The notes under the pieces were generated by a model that saw only the letters and a program-made list of their open reading frames with translations, was not told where the DNA came from and ran no database searches. A program made the position numbers and the translations under genes. DNA of 64,000 nucleotides from an uncultured bacterium. Its GTDB lineage: Bacteria > Actinomycetota > Thermoleophilia > Solirubrobacterales > 70-9. Shown here piece after piece: positions 18,843-28,734 of the stretch. Numbering within the stretch: the stretch's first letter is position 1; each line of letters starts with the position of its first letter. The DNA lies in contig CAWAZL010000011.1 of assembly GCA_963786495.1 (NCBI GenBank), positions 21,216 to 85,215 on the forward strand, in the 5' to 3' direction.

Positions 18843-20909
18843 CTACCGGACCTCGTCCGGCTCGAGGAAGGTCACGGTGTTCTCAGTGCCGCTCGTCACC
18901 CAGACGCCCTCGTTGTCGGTCGCGATGCCCGCGGGGCCGGCGCCCACGTCACTCGAGCTGCCCTGGAAATCGCCCGTGAGCTGGTCGACGCGGACGACCG
19001 TGTCGCTCTTGGCGCAGGTTGCCCACACTGAGCCGAAGCCAACGGCGAGCGAGCGGGGCCCGACACAGTCCTCACGCTCAAAGTCCACCGTCTGCAACAC
19101 CTCGCCGGCCAACCCACCGGAAGTCGGCTCGGTCACGGGCTTGATCTTCGTGAGCGCGTTGTCGCCCTCCGCCGCGACCCAGACCAGATCTTCGGCGCCG
19201 ATGACTATCCCGATCGGGTTCGACCCCACGTCTGACAGGGTGGACACAACGTCGCCCTCCTCGGTGATCCGGCTCACGCTGTCGCCAGCGGAGTTCGTAA
19301 TCCAGATGCCCTTCGCGGGCTGAACTCCCTCTTTGTCGGCGTTGCCCGCGACGACGCGCGCCGGCTGCGCCATCCCCTCGACCGTCGCGTCCGCCGTGTT
19401 GTCCACCAGGTCAACCCTCGATGTGTTGTCAGATCCGCTGTTCGCGACCCAGACGAAGTTGGCACCAGCCGCGATGCCGCTTGGCCCAGTGCCCACCGGG
19501 ATCGTCTGGGGCTGGCCACCTTTGGGTTCGAACCTCAATACGGAGCCCGCCGCTTCATCCTCAGCGACGGCAACCCAGGCGTTTCCGTCGTCCGTGAAGG
19601 TGATCTGGTCGCCCGTGCCACCGAGATTGATCGGCTTCTCGTCGAGCTGCTCGCCGGTATCGGCATCCAGACGCGTCAAAGCCTGCCCGGAAGCCGACGA
19701 CACCCACACCGTCCCCTCATTAATCGCGATCCCAACTGGCTCGTCGGGAACGTCGAACGAGTCTCCCGATGCGAGTCCGCCGCTGTCACCGCCGCCATTT
19801 TGCGCGGGGTCCGGCGCCTCATCCGGCGATCCTCCGTCCAGTAGGACGAACGCCCCGGCCGCTATTGCGGCGAGAACGAGGACTCCGCCCAGGATTCGAC
19901 CTCTGGGAAGCCCCCGATTCGCGGGAGCAGCGGGCACATCGCTCTCGCGCGTGACCAACGTCTCGGCCTCGACGGTCTCGACGGGCTCGTCCGGTGTGAC
20001 CGTTTCGAGCGTCTGCGTCAGCGCCGCAGCCCCGACGCCGACGCTTCGTTCAGGCACTAGAGATTCGCGGCCTTGAACCGCGGCGGCCGCTGCACGCGCG
20101 AAGTCCCCGGCAGACGGGTGGCGATCCGCCGGGTCCTTCGCCATCGCCCGTTCGATGGCGTCGGAGAGCTCGCGTGGCGCCCCGGGCATGAGCGCCGCGA
20201 GCTGCGGCGCAGGCTCCTGAAGGTGGGCGTAGAGCTTCGCAACCTGCTCTTCCTGCTCGGCGAACGGGGTGTCCCCCGTGAGCAACTCGAAGGTGACGCA
20301 TGCAAGGGCGTAGACGTCGGTACGCGCATCGAGGCGCTGGCCCCGGATCTGCTCCGGCGCTGAATAGTCGAGGGTGCCTACGAAGGCACCCGAGGCCGTT
20401 AGACCGCTGGTCGCGTCCATCTGCTTCGAAAGCCCGAAATCGGTCAGAAAGACGTGGCGGCCACCGCCACGCTCGTCAATCAGGATGTTGCCCGGCTTGA
20501 TGTCGCGATGCACAAGGCCCTTCGCATGTGCGGCGTCCAGCGCCGAAGCGACGGGGGTAATGACATCCACCGCCTCCTCGGGCGTAAGCCGCCCCTCACG
20601 GTTCAGAAGGCCACGCAGGTCGACGCCCTCGATGAAGTCCATCGTCACGAAAAGGAGGCCGTCCTCCTCGCCGGCGTTGTGGACAGCGACGACGTTCGGG
20701 TGGCGGATAGAGACCGCGATCCGCGATTCAGACTTGAAGCGCTCGCGGAAGGCCTCATCACCCGCGCGCCCGCTCGAGATGAGCTTCAGCGCGACGATGT
20801 GGTCGAGCGCGAGGTGCCGTGCGCGATAGACCACGCCAAAGCCGCCGCGCCCCGCGATCCCCTCGATCCGGTGGCCGGCGAACTCGGTACCGGGACTAAG
20901 TTCGGCCAT
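18843..20909 (-). CDS. Ser/Thr protein kinase with one TM segment and an extracytoplasmic beta-propeller repeat domain
   Basis: 688-aa ORF. GRGGFGVVYRA, HRDIKPGNIL, DFG, APE. TM ILGGVLVLAAIAAGAFVLL. C-terminal repeats (...VWV..., ...P.GIA...). Confidence 0.85.
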   Translation of the reverse strand: MAELSPGTEFAGHRIEGIAGRGGFGVVYRARHLALDHIVALKLISSGRAGDEAFRERFKSESRIAVSIRHPNVVAVHNAGEEDGLLFVTMDFIEGVDLRGLLNREGRLTPEEAVDVITPVASALDAAHAKGLVHRDIKPGNILIDERGGGRHVFLTDFGLSKQMDATSGLTASGAFVGTLDYSAPEQIRGQRLDARTDVYALACVTFELLTGDTPFAEQEEQVAKLYAHLQEPAPQLAALMPGAPRELSDAIERAMAKDPADRHPSAGDFARAAAAAVQGRESLVPERSVGVGAAALTQTLETVTPDEPVETVEAETLVTRESDVPAAPANRGLPRGRILGGVLVLAAIAAGAFVLLDGGSPDEAPDPAQNGGGDSGGLASGDSFDVPDEPVGIAINEGTVWVSSASGQALTRLDADTGEQLDEKPINLGGTGDQITFTDDGNAWVAVAEDEAAGSVLRFEPKGGQPQTIPVGTGPSGIAAGANFVWVANSGSDNTSRVDLVDNTADATVEGMAQPARVVAGNADKEGVQPAKGIWITNSAGDSVSRITEEGDVVSTLSDVGSNPIGIVIGAEDLVWVAAEGDNALTKIKPVTEPTSGGLAGEVLQTVDFEREDCVGPRSLAVGFGSVWATCAKSDTVVRVDQLTGDFQGSSSDVGAGPAGIATDNEGVWVTSGTENTVTFLEPDEVR

Positions 20910-20942
20910 CGCCCGGGATTATGAAGCGGTCGGGCTTTAGGG

Positions 20943-23465
20943 CTACGACTCGACCGGCTCGAGCTCGGACTGGGTGTCAGAGCGGTCGTCGCCCTCAACG
21001 ACCTCGGGGCCTGGGGCGCCTGGGCTCCGCCCGGCAAGGATCGCCGAGAGCTCATGCATGGAAACCAGGACCTGACGCGGCTTCGAGCCTTCGTAGCCGG
21101 AGATGATGCCCCGGCGCTCGAGCATGTCGATGAGGCGCCCCGCTCGCGTGTAGCCGACGCGCAGACGGCGCTGGATCATGGAGACGGAGGCGGTCTCGGA
21201 CTCGATCACGATCCGCGCAGCGTCCTCGAGGAGGTCGTCCTCGTCGGGCGAGAAGTCGCCGCCGCCGGGCTCCACGCCCTGGTCCTCGACCTTCTCGACC
21301 AGCAGCGAGGGGTCGAAGTCAGGCTCGCCCTGCTTGGCCCAGTGGTTGGTCAGGCGCGCGATCTCATCCTCGGTGAGGAACGCGCCCTGGATGCGCTGAA
21401 GCTTCGAGGTGCCGATCGGCCGGAAGAGCATGTCTCCTTGACCCAGCAGCGTCTCGGCGCCGCCCTGGTCCAGGATTACGCGCGAATCGACCTGCGAGGC
21501 GACGGCGAAGGCGATGCGGGCCGGGATATTGACCTTGATCGTTCCTGTGATGACGTCCGTCGACGGGCGCTGCGTCGCGAGCACAAGGTGGATGCCGACC
21601 GCTCGCGATTTCTGCGCGAGGCGGATGATCGAGTCCTCAACCTCAGCCGGCGCGACCATCATCAGGTCTGCGAGTTCGTCGATGACGCAGAGGATGTGCG
21701 GAAGCGGCGCGTCACCTTCTTTGCGGCGAGTCTTGTTGAGTTCAGCCAGGTTGCGGGCTCGGGCCTTGCCCATCACCTCGTAGCGGCTCTCCATCTCCCC
21801 GATCAGGTTGGTGAGCACGTTCGAGGCCAGGCGCGGGTTCGTCACCACAGGCGTGAGGAGGTGCGGCAGGTTCTCGTAGTGGTTTAGCTCGACGCGCTTG
21901 GGGTCGACCAGGACCAGGCGGCACTCGTTCGGCGAAGCGTTGAGCAGGATCGACGACAGGATCGCGTTGATGCAGCCGGACTTACCGGAGCCCGTCGTAC
22001 CTGCGACGAGGATGTGCGGCATGAGCGCGATGTCGGTCCAGCAGGCGTGTCCCGAGACGTCCTTGCCGAGCCAGGCAACGAGCGGCGAGGAGCCCTTCGG
22101 CTTGCCCTCGTAGATATCGCCAAGTCGCACGAGGCGGCGCTTCTTGTTCGGGACCTCGACGCCCACGGCCTTCTTGCCGGGAATCGGCGCGAGGATCCGG
22201 ATGTCCGTTGAGGCAAGCGCGTAGGCCAGGTCGTCCTTGAGCGCCGCGACCTTCGAGACCTTCGTTCCGGGCGCAAGCTGGAACTCGTAGCGACTCACGT
22301 GCGGGCCCGAGACCATGCCGATCATCCGCGCGTCGACGCCGAAGTGCTGGAGCGATTCCAGGAGCGACTTCGCCGTCGCCTCCCGCTCCTTCGGATCGGG
22401 ACCCGGGTCGCCCTTGCCCTTCGCGAGCACCGAAGGATTCGGCGGCGTGTACTCAGCCTCATCGGAGACGGTGATCCCGTGCTCGGTCCGCTTGTTGCCC
22501 ATGGGCGTCAGCTCGACCGGCTCGGCGACCGCATCCGGGTCACCCTCGCCTAGGATCGCGACCGGCTCCGCAACGGGCTCGGCGTCGTCAGCGTGCGCCT
22601 CGTCATACGAGAACGCGCCCTCACCGCTCGCGGGCTTGGCCTCGGCGACAGGCGCTTCCTCTTCCTCGACCTCGGGCTCGTCCCACTCGGGCTCGTTCGC
22701 CAGCACCTCCGTCTCGTTGGCGCGCGTGATCTGGATGTCCAAGTCGTCCGGCTCGTCCCAGCCCGGAAGCGTGGACGGGAAGCCGTTGTCCCGGGCAGCG
22801 CGCGCGACGTCGGCCGTCGCGCCGGACGCCTTGCGAGTCGCCACCCCCGCGCTCTGCACAAGGTTCGCGATGGTCATGCCCGTCAGGAGCAGGAGGCCCG
22901 AGAAAAGCAGCAATACGGCGAGGATCTGCGCACCCACCCGCTGGAAGAGGGTCGTCGAAGCCCAGTAGAGAGACTCGCCGATGGCGCCGCCGTGGCTGCG
23001 GAAGAACTCGGGGTCGAAGTATTCGCGGCGGACCGGCTTGTCAGGCCCCAAACCGAGCGTCCCGGCCGCGAACGCCAAGAGCAGCGCGAGCATCACGAGT
23101 AGCGCGCCGGTGTTAAGGGCGCGCGGAGCCTGGATCATCGGACGGGCGATCAGCGCCAGCCCCATGCCAAATACCGCAAGCGGAACGACGTAGGCGACCC
23201 GGCCGACCGTGTATTCGAGCGCGGAGGAGAGCCATCCCCCCACCGCTCCGCCATCCCAGCCGAGGTAGAGCACGAAAGCCGAGTAGACGCCGATCGCGAT
23301 CATGATCAGCCCGATCAGGTCGAAATGGCGCTGCTCGAGCCCGTCGAAGGCGTCACGCGCCCGCTGACGCACGTCAGGCGTGCGCTTCACGGGCGCCCTC
23401 TTCACAGGCGGACGCTTCGCCGCCCGCTTTTTGGGCGCACGGGTCTTAGCGGTGGCTCGGGCCAT
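20943..23465 (-). CDS. ftsK: DNA translocase FtsK/SpoIIIE
   Basis: ORF 20943-23558. N-terminal TM helices, acidic linker, Walker A GTTGSGKS, and C-terminal gamma winged helix (SVSMIQRRLRVGYTRAGRLIDMLE). I prefer the start at ATG 23465 (MARATAKTRAPKK). Confidence 0.9.
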   Translation of the reverse strand: MARATAKTRAPKKRAAKRPPVKRAPVKRTPDVRQRARDAFDGLEQRHFDLIGLIMIAIGVYSAFVLYLGWDGGAVGGWLSSALEYTVGRVAYVVPLAVFGMGLALIARPMIQAPRALNTGALLVMLALLLAFAAGTLGLGPDKPVRREYFDPEFFRSHGGAIGESLYWASTTLFQRVGAQILAVLLLFSGLLLLTGMTIANLVQSAGVATRKASGATADVARAARDNGFPSTLPGWDEPDDLDIQITRANETEVLANEPEWDEPEVEEEEAPVAEAKPASGEGAFSYDEAHADDAEPVAEPVAILGEGDPDAVAEPVELTPMGNKRTEHGITVSDEAEYTPPNPSVLAKGKGDPGPDPKEREATAKSLLESLQHFGVDARMIGMVSGPHVSRYEFQLAPGTKVSKVAALKDDLAYALASTDIRILAPIPGKKAVGVEVPNKKRRLVRLGDIYEGKPKGSSPLVAWLGKDVSGHACWTDIALMPHILVAGTTGSGKSGCINAILSSILLNASPNECRLVLVDPKRVELNHYENLPHLLTPVVTNPRLASNVLTNLIGEMESRYEVMGKARARNLAELNKTRRKEGDAPLPHILCVIDELADLMMVAPAEVEDSIIRLAQKSRAVGIHLVLATQRPSTDVITGTIKVNIPARIAFAVASQVDSRVILDQGGAETLLGQGDMLFRPIGTSKLQRIQGAFLTEDEIARLTNHWAKQGEPDFDPSLLVEKVEDQGVEPGGGDFSPDEDDLLEDAARIVIESETASVSMIQRRLRVGYTRAGRLIDMLERRGIISGYEGSKPRQVLVSMHELSAILAGRSPGAPGPEVVEGDDRSDTQSELEPVES

Positions 23466-23601
23466 CGCAGATGGGTTCGACGCCTGAGCCCAGTCCCCTT
23501 CGTGCGTGGGTTGATCCCGCCTAAAACCCGCCGCGAGTGCCGACGTCGGTGTGTGCATTCGCTACCGCTCAGCGGTTGCCAAATCACACACGCGGCATTA
23601 T

Positions 23602-23775
23602 TCATCGACTGTAGACCTTTTGCAGCCTCGAAGAAGACCGCTTCAGCTCCAGACTCGCGACCGGGACGTAAGCGATTTTGCGCCGGTCCTCGCGGACGGC
23701 GTCGCGTACTTTGTCGAGCGGGTCGTCGCCCGAGTCGCTCGCTGGGCGCGACGCTTGGGACTTTCCCTGGGCCAT
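23602..23775 (-). CDS. Candidate small ORF (57 aa) upstream of ftsK
   Basis: Below the ORF-track size cutoff. ATG 23775 is preceded by AAGGAGG at 9-nt spacing. Translation: MAQGKSQASRPASDSGDDPLDKVRDAVREDRRKIAYVPVASLELKRSSSRLQKVYSR. GC3 is good in the first two thirds only. Confidence 0.35.
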   Translation of the reverse strand: MAQGKSQASRPASDSGDDPLDKVRDAVREDRRKIAYVPVASLELKRSSSRLQKVYSR

Positions 23776-23894
23776 CTCGGTGGGCCTCCTTGCCTCGTTT
23801 GTCTTCGTCCGGCGTCATGCCGGCCTCGCAAGAGCGCTACCCGGATCAAGCGCGGCTTAAGCCGGCGCTGATGAATCGCCCCTACCCTTGAGGG

Positions 23895-24591
23895 GTGCTC
23901 GAGTCAGAGACTCAGACAGGCCGCGTGCTGGTCGTCGAGGACGACGCAGAGATCGCCGATGTGCTGCGGCGCACGCTTCGGGCCGAAGGGCACGAGGTGC
24001 GCACCGCCGGCGATGGCGAGAAGGCTCTGGAAGAGGCCGCGGAATTCCTGCCCGATCTGGTGATCCTGGACCTCGGACTCCCGAAGATCGACGGCGTTGA
24101 GGTGCTGCGCCGCCTCCGCGAGTCCGACGACGTGCCGATCCTGGTCCTCACCGCACGGACTGAGCTTGAGGACCGCGTTGAGGGCCTCGACCTCGGCGCG
24201 GACGACTACCTCGTAAAGCCTTTCGAGCGCACCGAGCTTCTCGCACGTATGCGGGCCGTCATGCGCCGCCGCCCGCCGCGCGGCTCGGCGACGCTGCGTT
24301 CTCGCCGATCTCAAGCTCAACCCGGCCACCCGAGAGGTCCACCGCGGCGACCGCGAGGTCGACCTGACAGCGCGCGAGTTCGAGCTCCTCGAGTTCCTGA
24401 TGCGAAACGAGCGCCTGGTCGTCTCCCGCGAGCGCCTCCTCGAAGAGGTGTGGGGCTACGACCCGCTCGCGATGACGAACACGATCGACGTCTTCATCTC
24501 GAACGTCCGCCGCAAGCTCGAGGAGGGCGGCGAGGAGCGCATCCTCCACACCAAACGCGGTGCGGGCTACGTCGTTCGCCCACCCGGGTAG
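23895..24591 (+). CDS. OmpR-family response regulator, frame broken near 24299
   Basis: The receiver ([15 protein letters not shown]...[14 protein letters not shown]...YLVKPF) is in ORF 23895-24605. The winged-helix C-terminus ([39 protein letters not shown]...RGAGYVV) is in the frame of ORF 24400-24591. An extra base in cgttCtcgcc explains the break. Confidence 0.85.
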
Positions 24592-26039
24592 ATGACCCCG
24601 GCTGACCACGAGCCCACGCGGCCTCGCCTCCTGACGCCGTCTCGCTGGCCCGTGCGATGGCGTCTGGCAGGGGTCTCGGCAGGCCTCACGTTCGTGATCC
24701 TCCTCGCCTTTGCGGCGGTCGTTGGAAAGCTCGTCGCAGGAGCGCCTCGAGAACGACTTTCAGAACGAGCTTCAAGCGGCCGCCAACCGCATCGCCTTCA
24801 CGATCCAGATCGATGAATCCGGCGCGGTCGAGGTGCCGTTCGAGGAGTTGACGATCGGCGACGAGGTTGTGCGCGTAACGCCCGCGATCGGGGACCCGAT
24901 CGCAAGCGTCGACGTCGAGCTCCCGCCGCCCGATCCCGAGATCGTCCGCTTCGGCGATCTGGACGTCGCCACGGCACAGGTCAACACGACCCTCGTCGGC
25001 GCGGGCGTCACCTTCGTCCAGGTGGCCCGCGAGCACGACGAGCTCGACGCGACCATCAGCCGCCTTTGGTTCTTCCTCGCCGTTGGCGTCGCGGGCGGCT
25101 CGATCCTGGCCACGCTTGCCGGGCTCGCAGTAGCCGGGCGCGCGATGGGGCCGATCGCCGCCCTCACGACCACTGCGCGCGAGATCGCCACGACCCGAGA
25201 CCCGGCCCGCACTATGCCGAAGCCCGAGGCCGAGGACGAGGTGGCCGAGCTGGCGACGACGCTCGACGAGATGCTCCGCGAGCTCGACGCCGCACGCAAC
25301 GAGGCTCAGGGCATGGTCCATGCCCAGCGTGAATTCGTCGCCGACGCCTCGCACGAGCTCCGCACGCCGCTGACCTCGATCCTCGCGAACCTGGAGCTTC
25401 TCCAGGCCGCGCTCGAGCGCAACCCAACCGAGGGCGAGGAGGCCGAGATGGTCGAGTCCGCTCTGCGATCGTCGCGGCGGATGCGCCGCCTCGTCGGCGA
25501 CCTGCTGATCCTCGCCCGCGCCGATGCCGGCCGCCAGGGCGCCCGCCGCCCCTGCGACCTCGCCGCGATCACGGAGGCCGCGGCCGCTGAGGTCCGCCCA
25601 GTCGCGCCCGACCACAAGATCGACCTTGACCTCGAGCCCGACCAGCGTCGAAGGGAACCCCGACGAGCTCCACCGCGTGGTGTTGAACCTGATCGACAAC
25701 GGGGCGCGGCACACTCCCCCGGGCTCGACGATCACGGTACGGGTCTTTCAGCGCAACTCGGAGGCCGTCCTGGAGGTAGCGGATGACGGGCCCGGCATCC
25801 CGGCGGACATCGAGGGCCAGGTCTTCGGGCGTTTCGTCCGCGGCGCCGGCCCTGCCGACGTAACGGCGGATTCGGGCGCCGGACTGGGCCTTTCGATCGT
25901 CCGTGCCGTGGCGACGGCACACGGTGGATCGGTCACCGTCGGCACCTCGAATCACGGCGGCGCACTCTTCACCGTGACCCTTCCGATGCTCTCGGAAACG
26001 CCCGCGGCCGTTCCTAAGAAACTTTCAAGAGTTCTTTAG
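24592..26039 (+). CDS. Sensor histidine kinase, frame broken near 24735 and 25640
   Basis: The ATG abuts the regulator's stop. Pieces 24592-24816 (TM), 24710-25786 (second TM, HAMP, H-box [15 protein letters not shown]) and 25524-26039 (N/G boxes [27 protein letters not shown]). Confidence 0.8.
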
Positions 26040-26148
26040 GGATCGTTTACATCGCGGGCGTAATTTGCCAGGTGGACGAGACACCCACTCGCCGGAGCGG
26101 GAGACCCCGCCGGCGAGAATCCCGGCCCCAGCGGCCGGGAACCCCCTA

Positions 26149-26193
26149 GGCCCGTCGGCTCTTCCCCTCCCTGGAGCCGGCGGGCCACTTTTA
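26149..26193 (+). terminator. Candidate intrinsic terminator after the histidine kinase
   Basis: GGCCCGTCGGCTC-(12 nt)-GAGCCGGCGGGCC (13-bp stem, one mismatch) followed by ACTTTTA. Confidence 0.5.
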
Positions 26194-26202
26194 TGTCCAG
26201 GG

Positions 26203-27867
26203 TCAGACCTGGACGACGACCGGCAGGATCATCGGGCGGCGCTTCAGGCGCTTGTAGATGAGCTCGGCGACGTCGTCGTGGATGTCCTCCTGGATGACGC
26301 CGGCGTCGGTGATGTTGTCGTGGACCGCGTCGGCCAGAGCGTTCTCGACCGCCTCGCGGATCTCGTCGATCAGCTTCGCGGCGTCCTCGCCCTCGATAAA
26401 TGGGACGCCACGGAAGATGATCTCGGGCTCGGTGGCGGTCGAGCCGTCCTCGCCCGAGAGCGTCGCGACGACGATGATCACGCCGTCACCCGAGAGCGTG
26501 CGGCGGTCGCGGAGCGCGACGTCGTCCGGGTCGCCGATGTCCACGCCGTCGACGAAGATCATGCCGGCCTTCACGTCGTCGGTGAAGCGGGCCCCCTTTT
26601 CGTCGATCTCGAGCGTAAGGCCGTTGCGGCCCTTGAAGATCCGCTCGGTCGGGATCCCGACCGACTCGGCGAGGTCTGCATGGAGGCGAATCCGTTTGTG
26701 GTCGCCATGGAACGGCATCACATACTTGGGACGCGTCAGGTTCAGCATCAGCTTCAGCTCTTCTCGCGAGCCGTGCCCCGAGACGTGGATGGGCGCGTCA
26801 GCAGCGGTGATAACTGATGCGCCGATCTCATAAATGCGGTCGATCGTCTCGTTCACGGCACGCTCGTTCCCTGGCACCGCCGTCGCGGAGAAGATGATCG
26901 TGTCCCCCGAGTGAAGCTCCACGTCGCGGTGGTCGTTGAACGCCATGCGCCGGAGCGCCGAGAGCGGCTCGCCTTGGCTTCCCGTCGAGATCGCAATCAC
27001 CTGGTCGTCCGGGTAGTTCTCGATTTCCTTGGGGTTGATCAAGATCCCGTCGGGCGCGTTCGCCATGCCCAGGTTGGACGCGATGTTGAAGTTCTTTCTC
27101 ATCGAACGCCCGACCAGCGCGACCTTGCGGTCGAGCTCGACCGCAGCGTCGATCACCTGCTGAACACGGTGGACGTTGGACGCAAAGCACGTGACGATGA
27201 TGCGCCCTTCGCAGCGCGCGAAGACCTCGTAGAGCGCAGGGCCAACGCTCCGCTCCGAGGCACCGACGCCGGGCCGGTCAGCGTTGGTCGAGTCCCCGCA
27301 GAGGCACAGAACGCCCTCCGAGCCCAGCTCGGCGAGGCGCGCAATGTCTGCAGGGTGCCCGTCGACGGGCGTCTGGTCGAAGCGGTAGTCGCCAGTGATC
27401 AGAATCGCGCCGAGCTTCGTGTGGAGGGCAACGGCCCGCGCATCGGGGATGGAGTGCGACATGTGGATCATCTCGATCTCGAACGGGCCGGCCTTGGCGC
27501 GCTCGCCCGGGTCGAGCACGACAAGCGGGGCGTCACGGATCTTTCGCTCCTCCAGCTTCGAGCGCACGAGACCGAGCGTCAGCGGACCGCCGTAGATCGC
27601 CTCCGGCATCCCAAGCTCGCGCAGCACGTACGGCACCGCCCCCACGTGGTCTTCGTGCCCGTGGGTGAGGATCAGGGCGTCGATGTCGTCCTTACGCTCC
27701 CTGAGCGAAGTGAAGTCGGGCAGGACGAGATCGATGCCGAGCATCTCGGCCGTGGGGAACATCACGCCGGCGTCGACGATCACAATCCGGCCATCGCTCT
27801 CGATGGCGGTCATGTTCTTGCCGATCTCACCGAGGCCGCCGAGGGGCAGGATCTTGATCTTGCTCAT
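26203..27867 (-). CDS. rnj: Ribonuclease J
   Basis: 554-aa ORF. Metallo-beta-lactamase/beta-CASP HGHEDHVG, and start MSKIKILPLGGLGEIGKNM. Its ATG shares one base with the dapA stop (TGATG). Confidence 0.9.
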   Translation of the reverse strand: MSKIKILPLGGLGEIGKNMTAIESDGRIVIVDAGVMFPTAEMLGIDLVLPDFTSLRERKDDIDALILTHGHEDHVGAVPYVLRELGMPEAIYGGPLTLGLVRSKLEERKIRDAPLVVLDPGERAKAGPFEIEMIHMSHSIPDARAVALHTKLGAILITGDYRFDQTPVDGHPADIARLAELGSEGVLCLCGDSTNADRPGVGASERSVGPALYEVFARCEGRIIVTCFASNVHRVQQVIDAAVELDRKVALVGRSMRKNFNIASNLGMANAPDGILINPKEIENYPDDQVIAISTGSQGEPLSALRRMAFNDHRDVELHSGDTIIFSATAVPGNERAVNETIDRIYEIGASVITAADAPIHVSGHGSREELKLMLNLTRPKYVMPFHGDHKRIRLHADLAESVGIPTERIFKGRNGLTLEIDEKGARFTDDVKAGMIFVDGVDIGDPDDVALRDRRTLSGDGVIIVVATLSGEDGSTATEPEIIFRGVPFIEGEDAAKLIDEIREAVENALADAVHDNITDAGVIQEDIHDDVAELIYKRLKRRPMILPVVVQV

Positions 27868-28724
27868 CAGTCGTTCTCCGCGATCTCTTTGAGCGCCTCG
27901 CGAAGCGGTCCGGCGACGGGGACCATCGGGAGGCGTTGCGTCTCGCCGATCAGGCCGCGCATCGCCAGAATGGCCTTGATCGAGCTCGCGGGCGGCGCGC
28001 TGGAGATGGTCGCGTAGACGTCCGAAAGCTCACGCTCGATGTCGAGAGCCCGGTCATGGTCGTCCTCGGAGGCCGCGTCGAAGATCTCGCGCATCTTGGG
28101 CCCCACGACGTGCGAGGCAACCAGGATGCCGCCCGTGCCCCCTTCGCGGAGGCACCGCGAGAAGATGTCATCGTTGCCGGCCAGGACGTCAAGCCCCTCG
28201 ATTGCCTTCAGGTCGCCGTTGTTCGCCTGCTTGAGCCCGGTGATGTTCTGGAACTCCTTGGCCAGCGAGGCCATGAACTCCGGCGACATGTTGATCACCG
28301 AGCGCGACGGGATGTTGTAGAGCGCAATCGGCGTCTCCCCCGCCGCTTCTGAGACCTCAGCGAAGTGTTCGCGAAGGCCGTCCTCAGTCGGCTTGTTGTA
28401 GTAGGGCGCGACCACGAGAACGCCATGCGCCCCGGATTTCGCGGCTCGGAGCGTCAGGTCGGCAGCGTGGCGAGTGTCATTCGAGCCGGTGCCGCAGATT
28501 ACGGTCGCGTCCGAGCCGATCTCCTCAAGGATGGCCTCGAGTAGCTCGATCGTCTCGTCGTCGGAGAGCGTCGGTCCCTCGCCGGTCGTCCCGGCGACAA
28601 CGACCCCGTGCGAGCCGTTCTCGACCAGATGCGCGGCGAGCTTGCGCGCATCAGCGACATCAAGCGAGCGATCGTCGGCGAACGGCGTGACCATCGCCGT
28701 CAGGACTCCTTTGAACGGCGTCAT
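27867..28724 (-). CDS. dapA: 4-hydroxy-tetrahydrodipicolinate synthase
   Basis: ORF 27867-28760. GVLTAMVTPF, GTTGEGPTLS, YNIPSRS. I prefer ATG 28724, 10 nt after the amidase stop. Confidence 0.9.
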   Translation of the reverse strand: MTPFKGVLTAMVTPFADDRSLDVADARKLAAHLVENGSHGVVVAGTTGEGPTLSDDETIELLEAILEEIGSDATVICGTGSNDTRHAADLTLRAAKSGAHGVLVVAPYYNKPTEDGLREHFAEVSEAAGETPIALYNIPSRSVINMSPEFMASLAKEFQNITGLKQANNGDLKAIEGLDVLAGNDDIFSRCLREGGTGGILVASHVVGPKMREIFDAASEDDHDRALDIERELSDVYATISSAPPASSIKAILAMRGLIGETQRLPMVPVAGPLREALKEIAEND

Positions 28725-28734
28725 CGGGACAAAA

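Noticed and set aside
18593-18979. 128-aa and 163-aa plus-strand ORFs overlapping the 3' end of the kinase gene
   Set aside because: They give Arg/Ser/Pro-rich translations antisense to the kinase propeller domain and have no SD.
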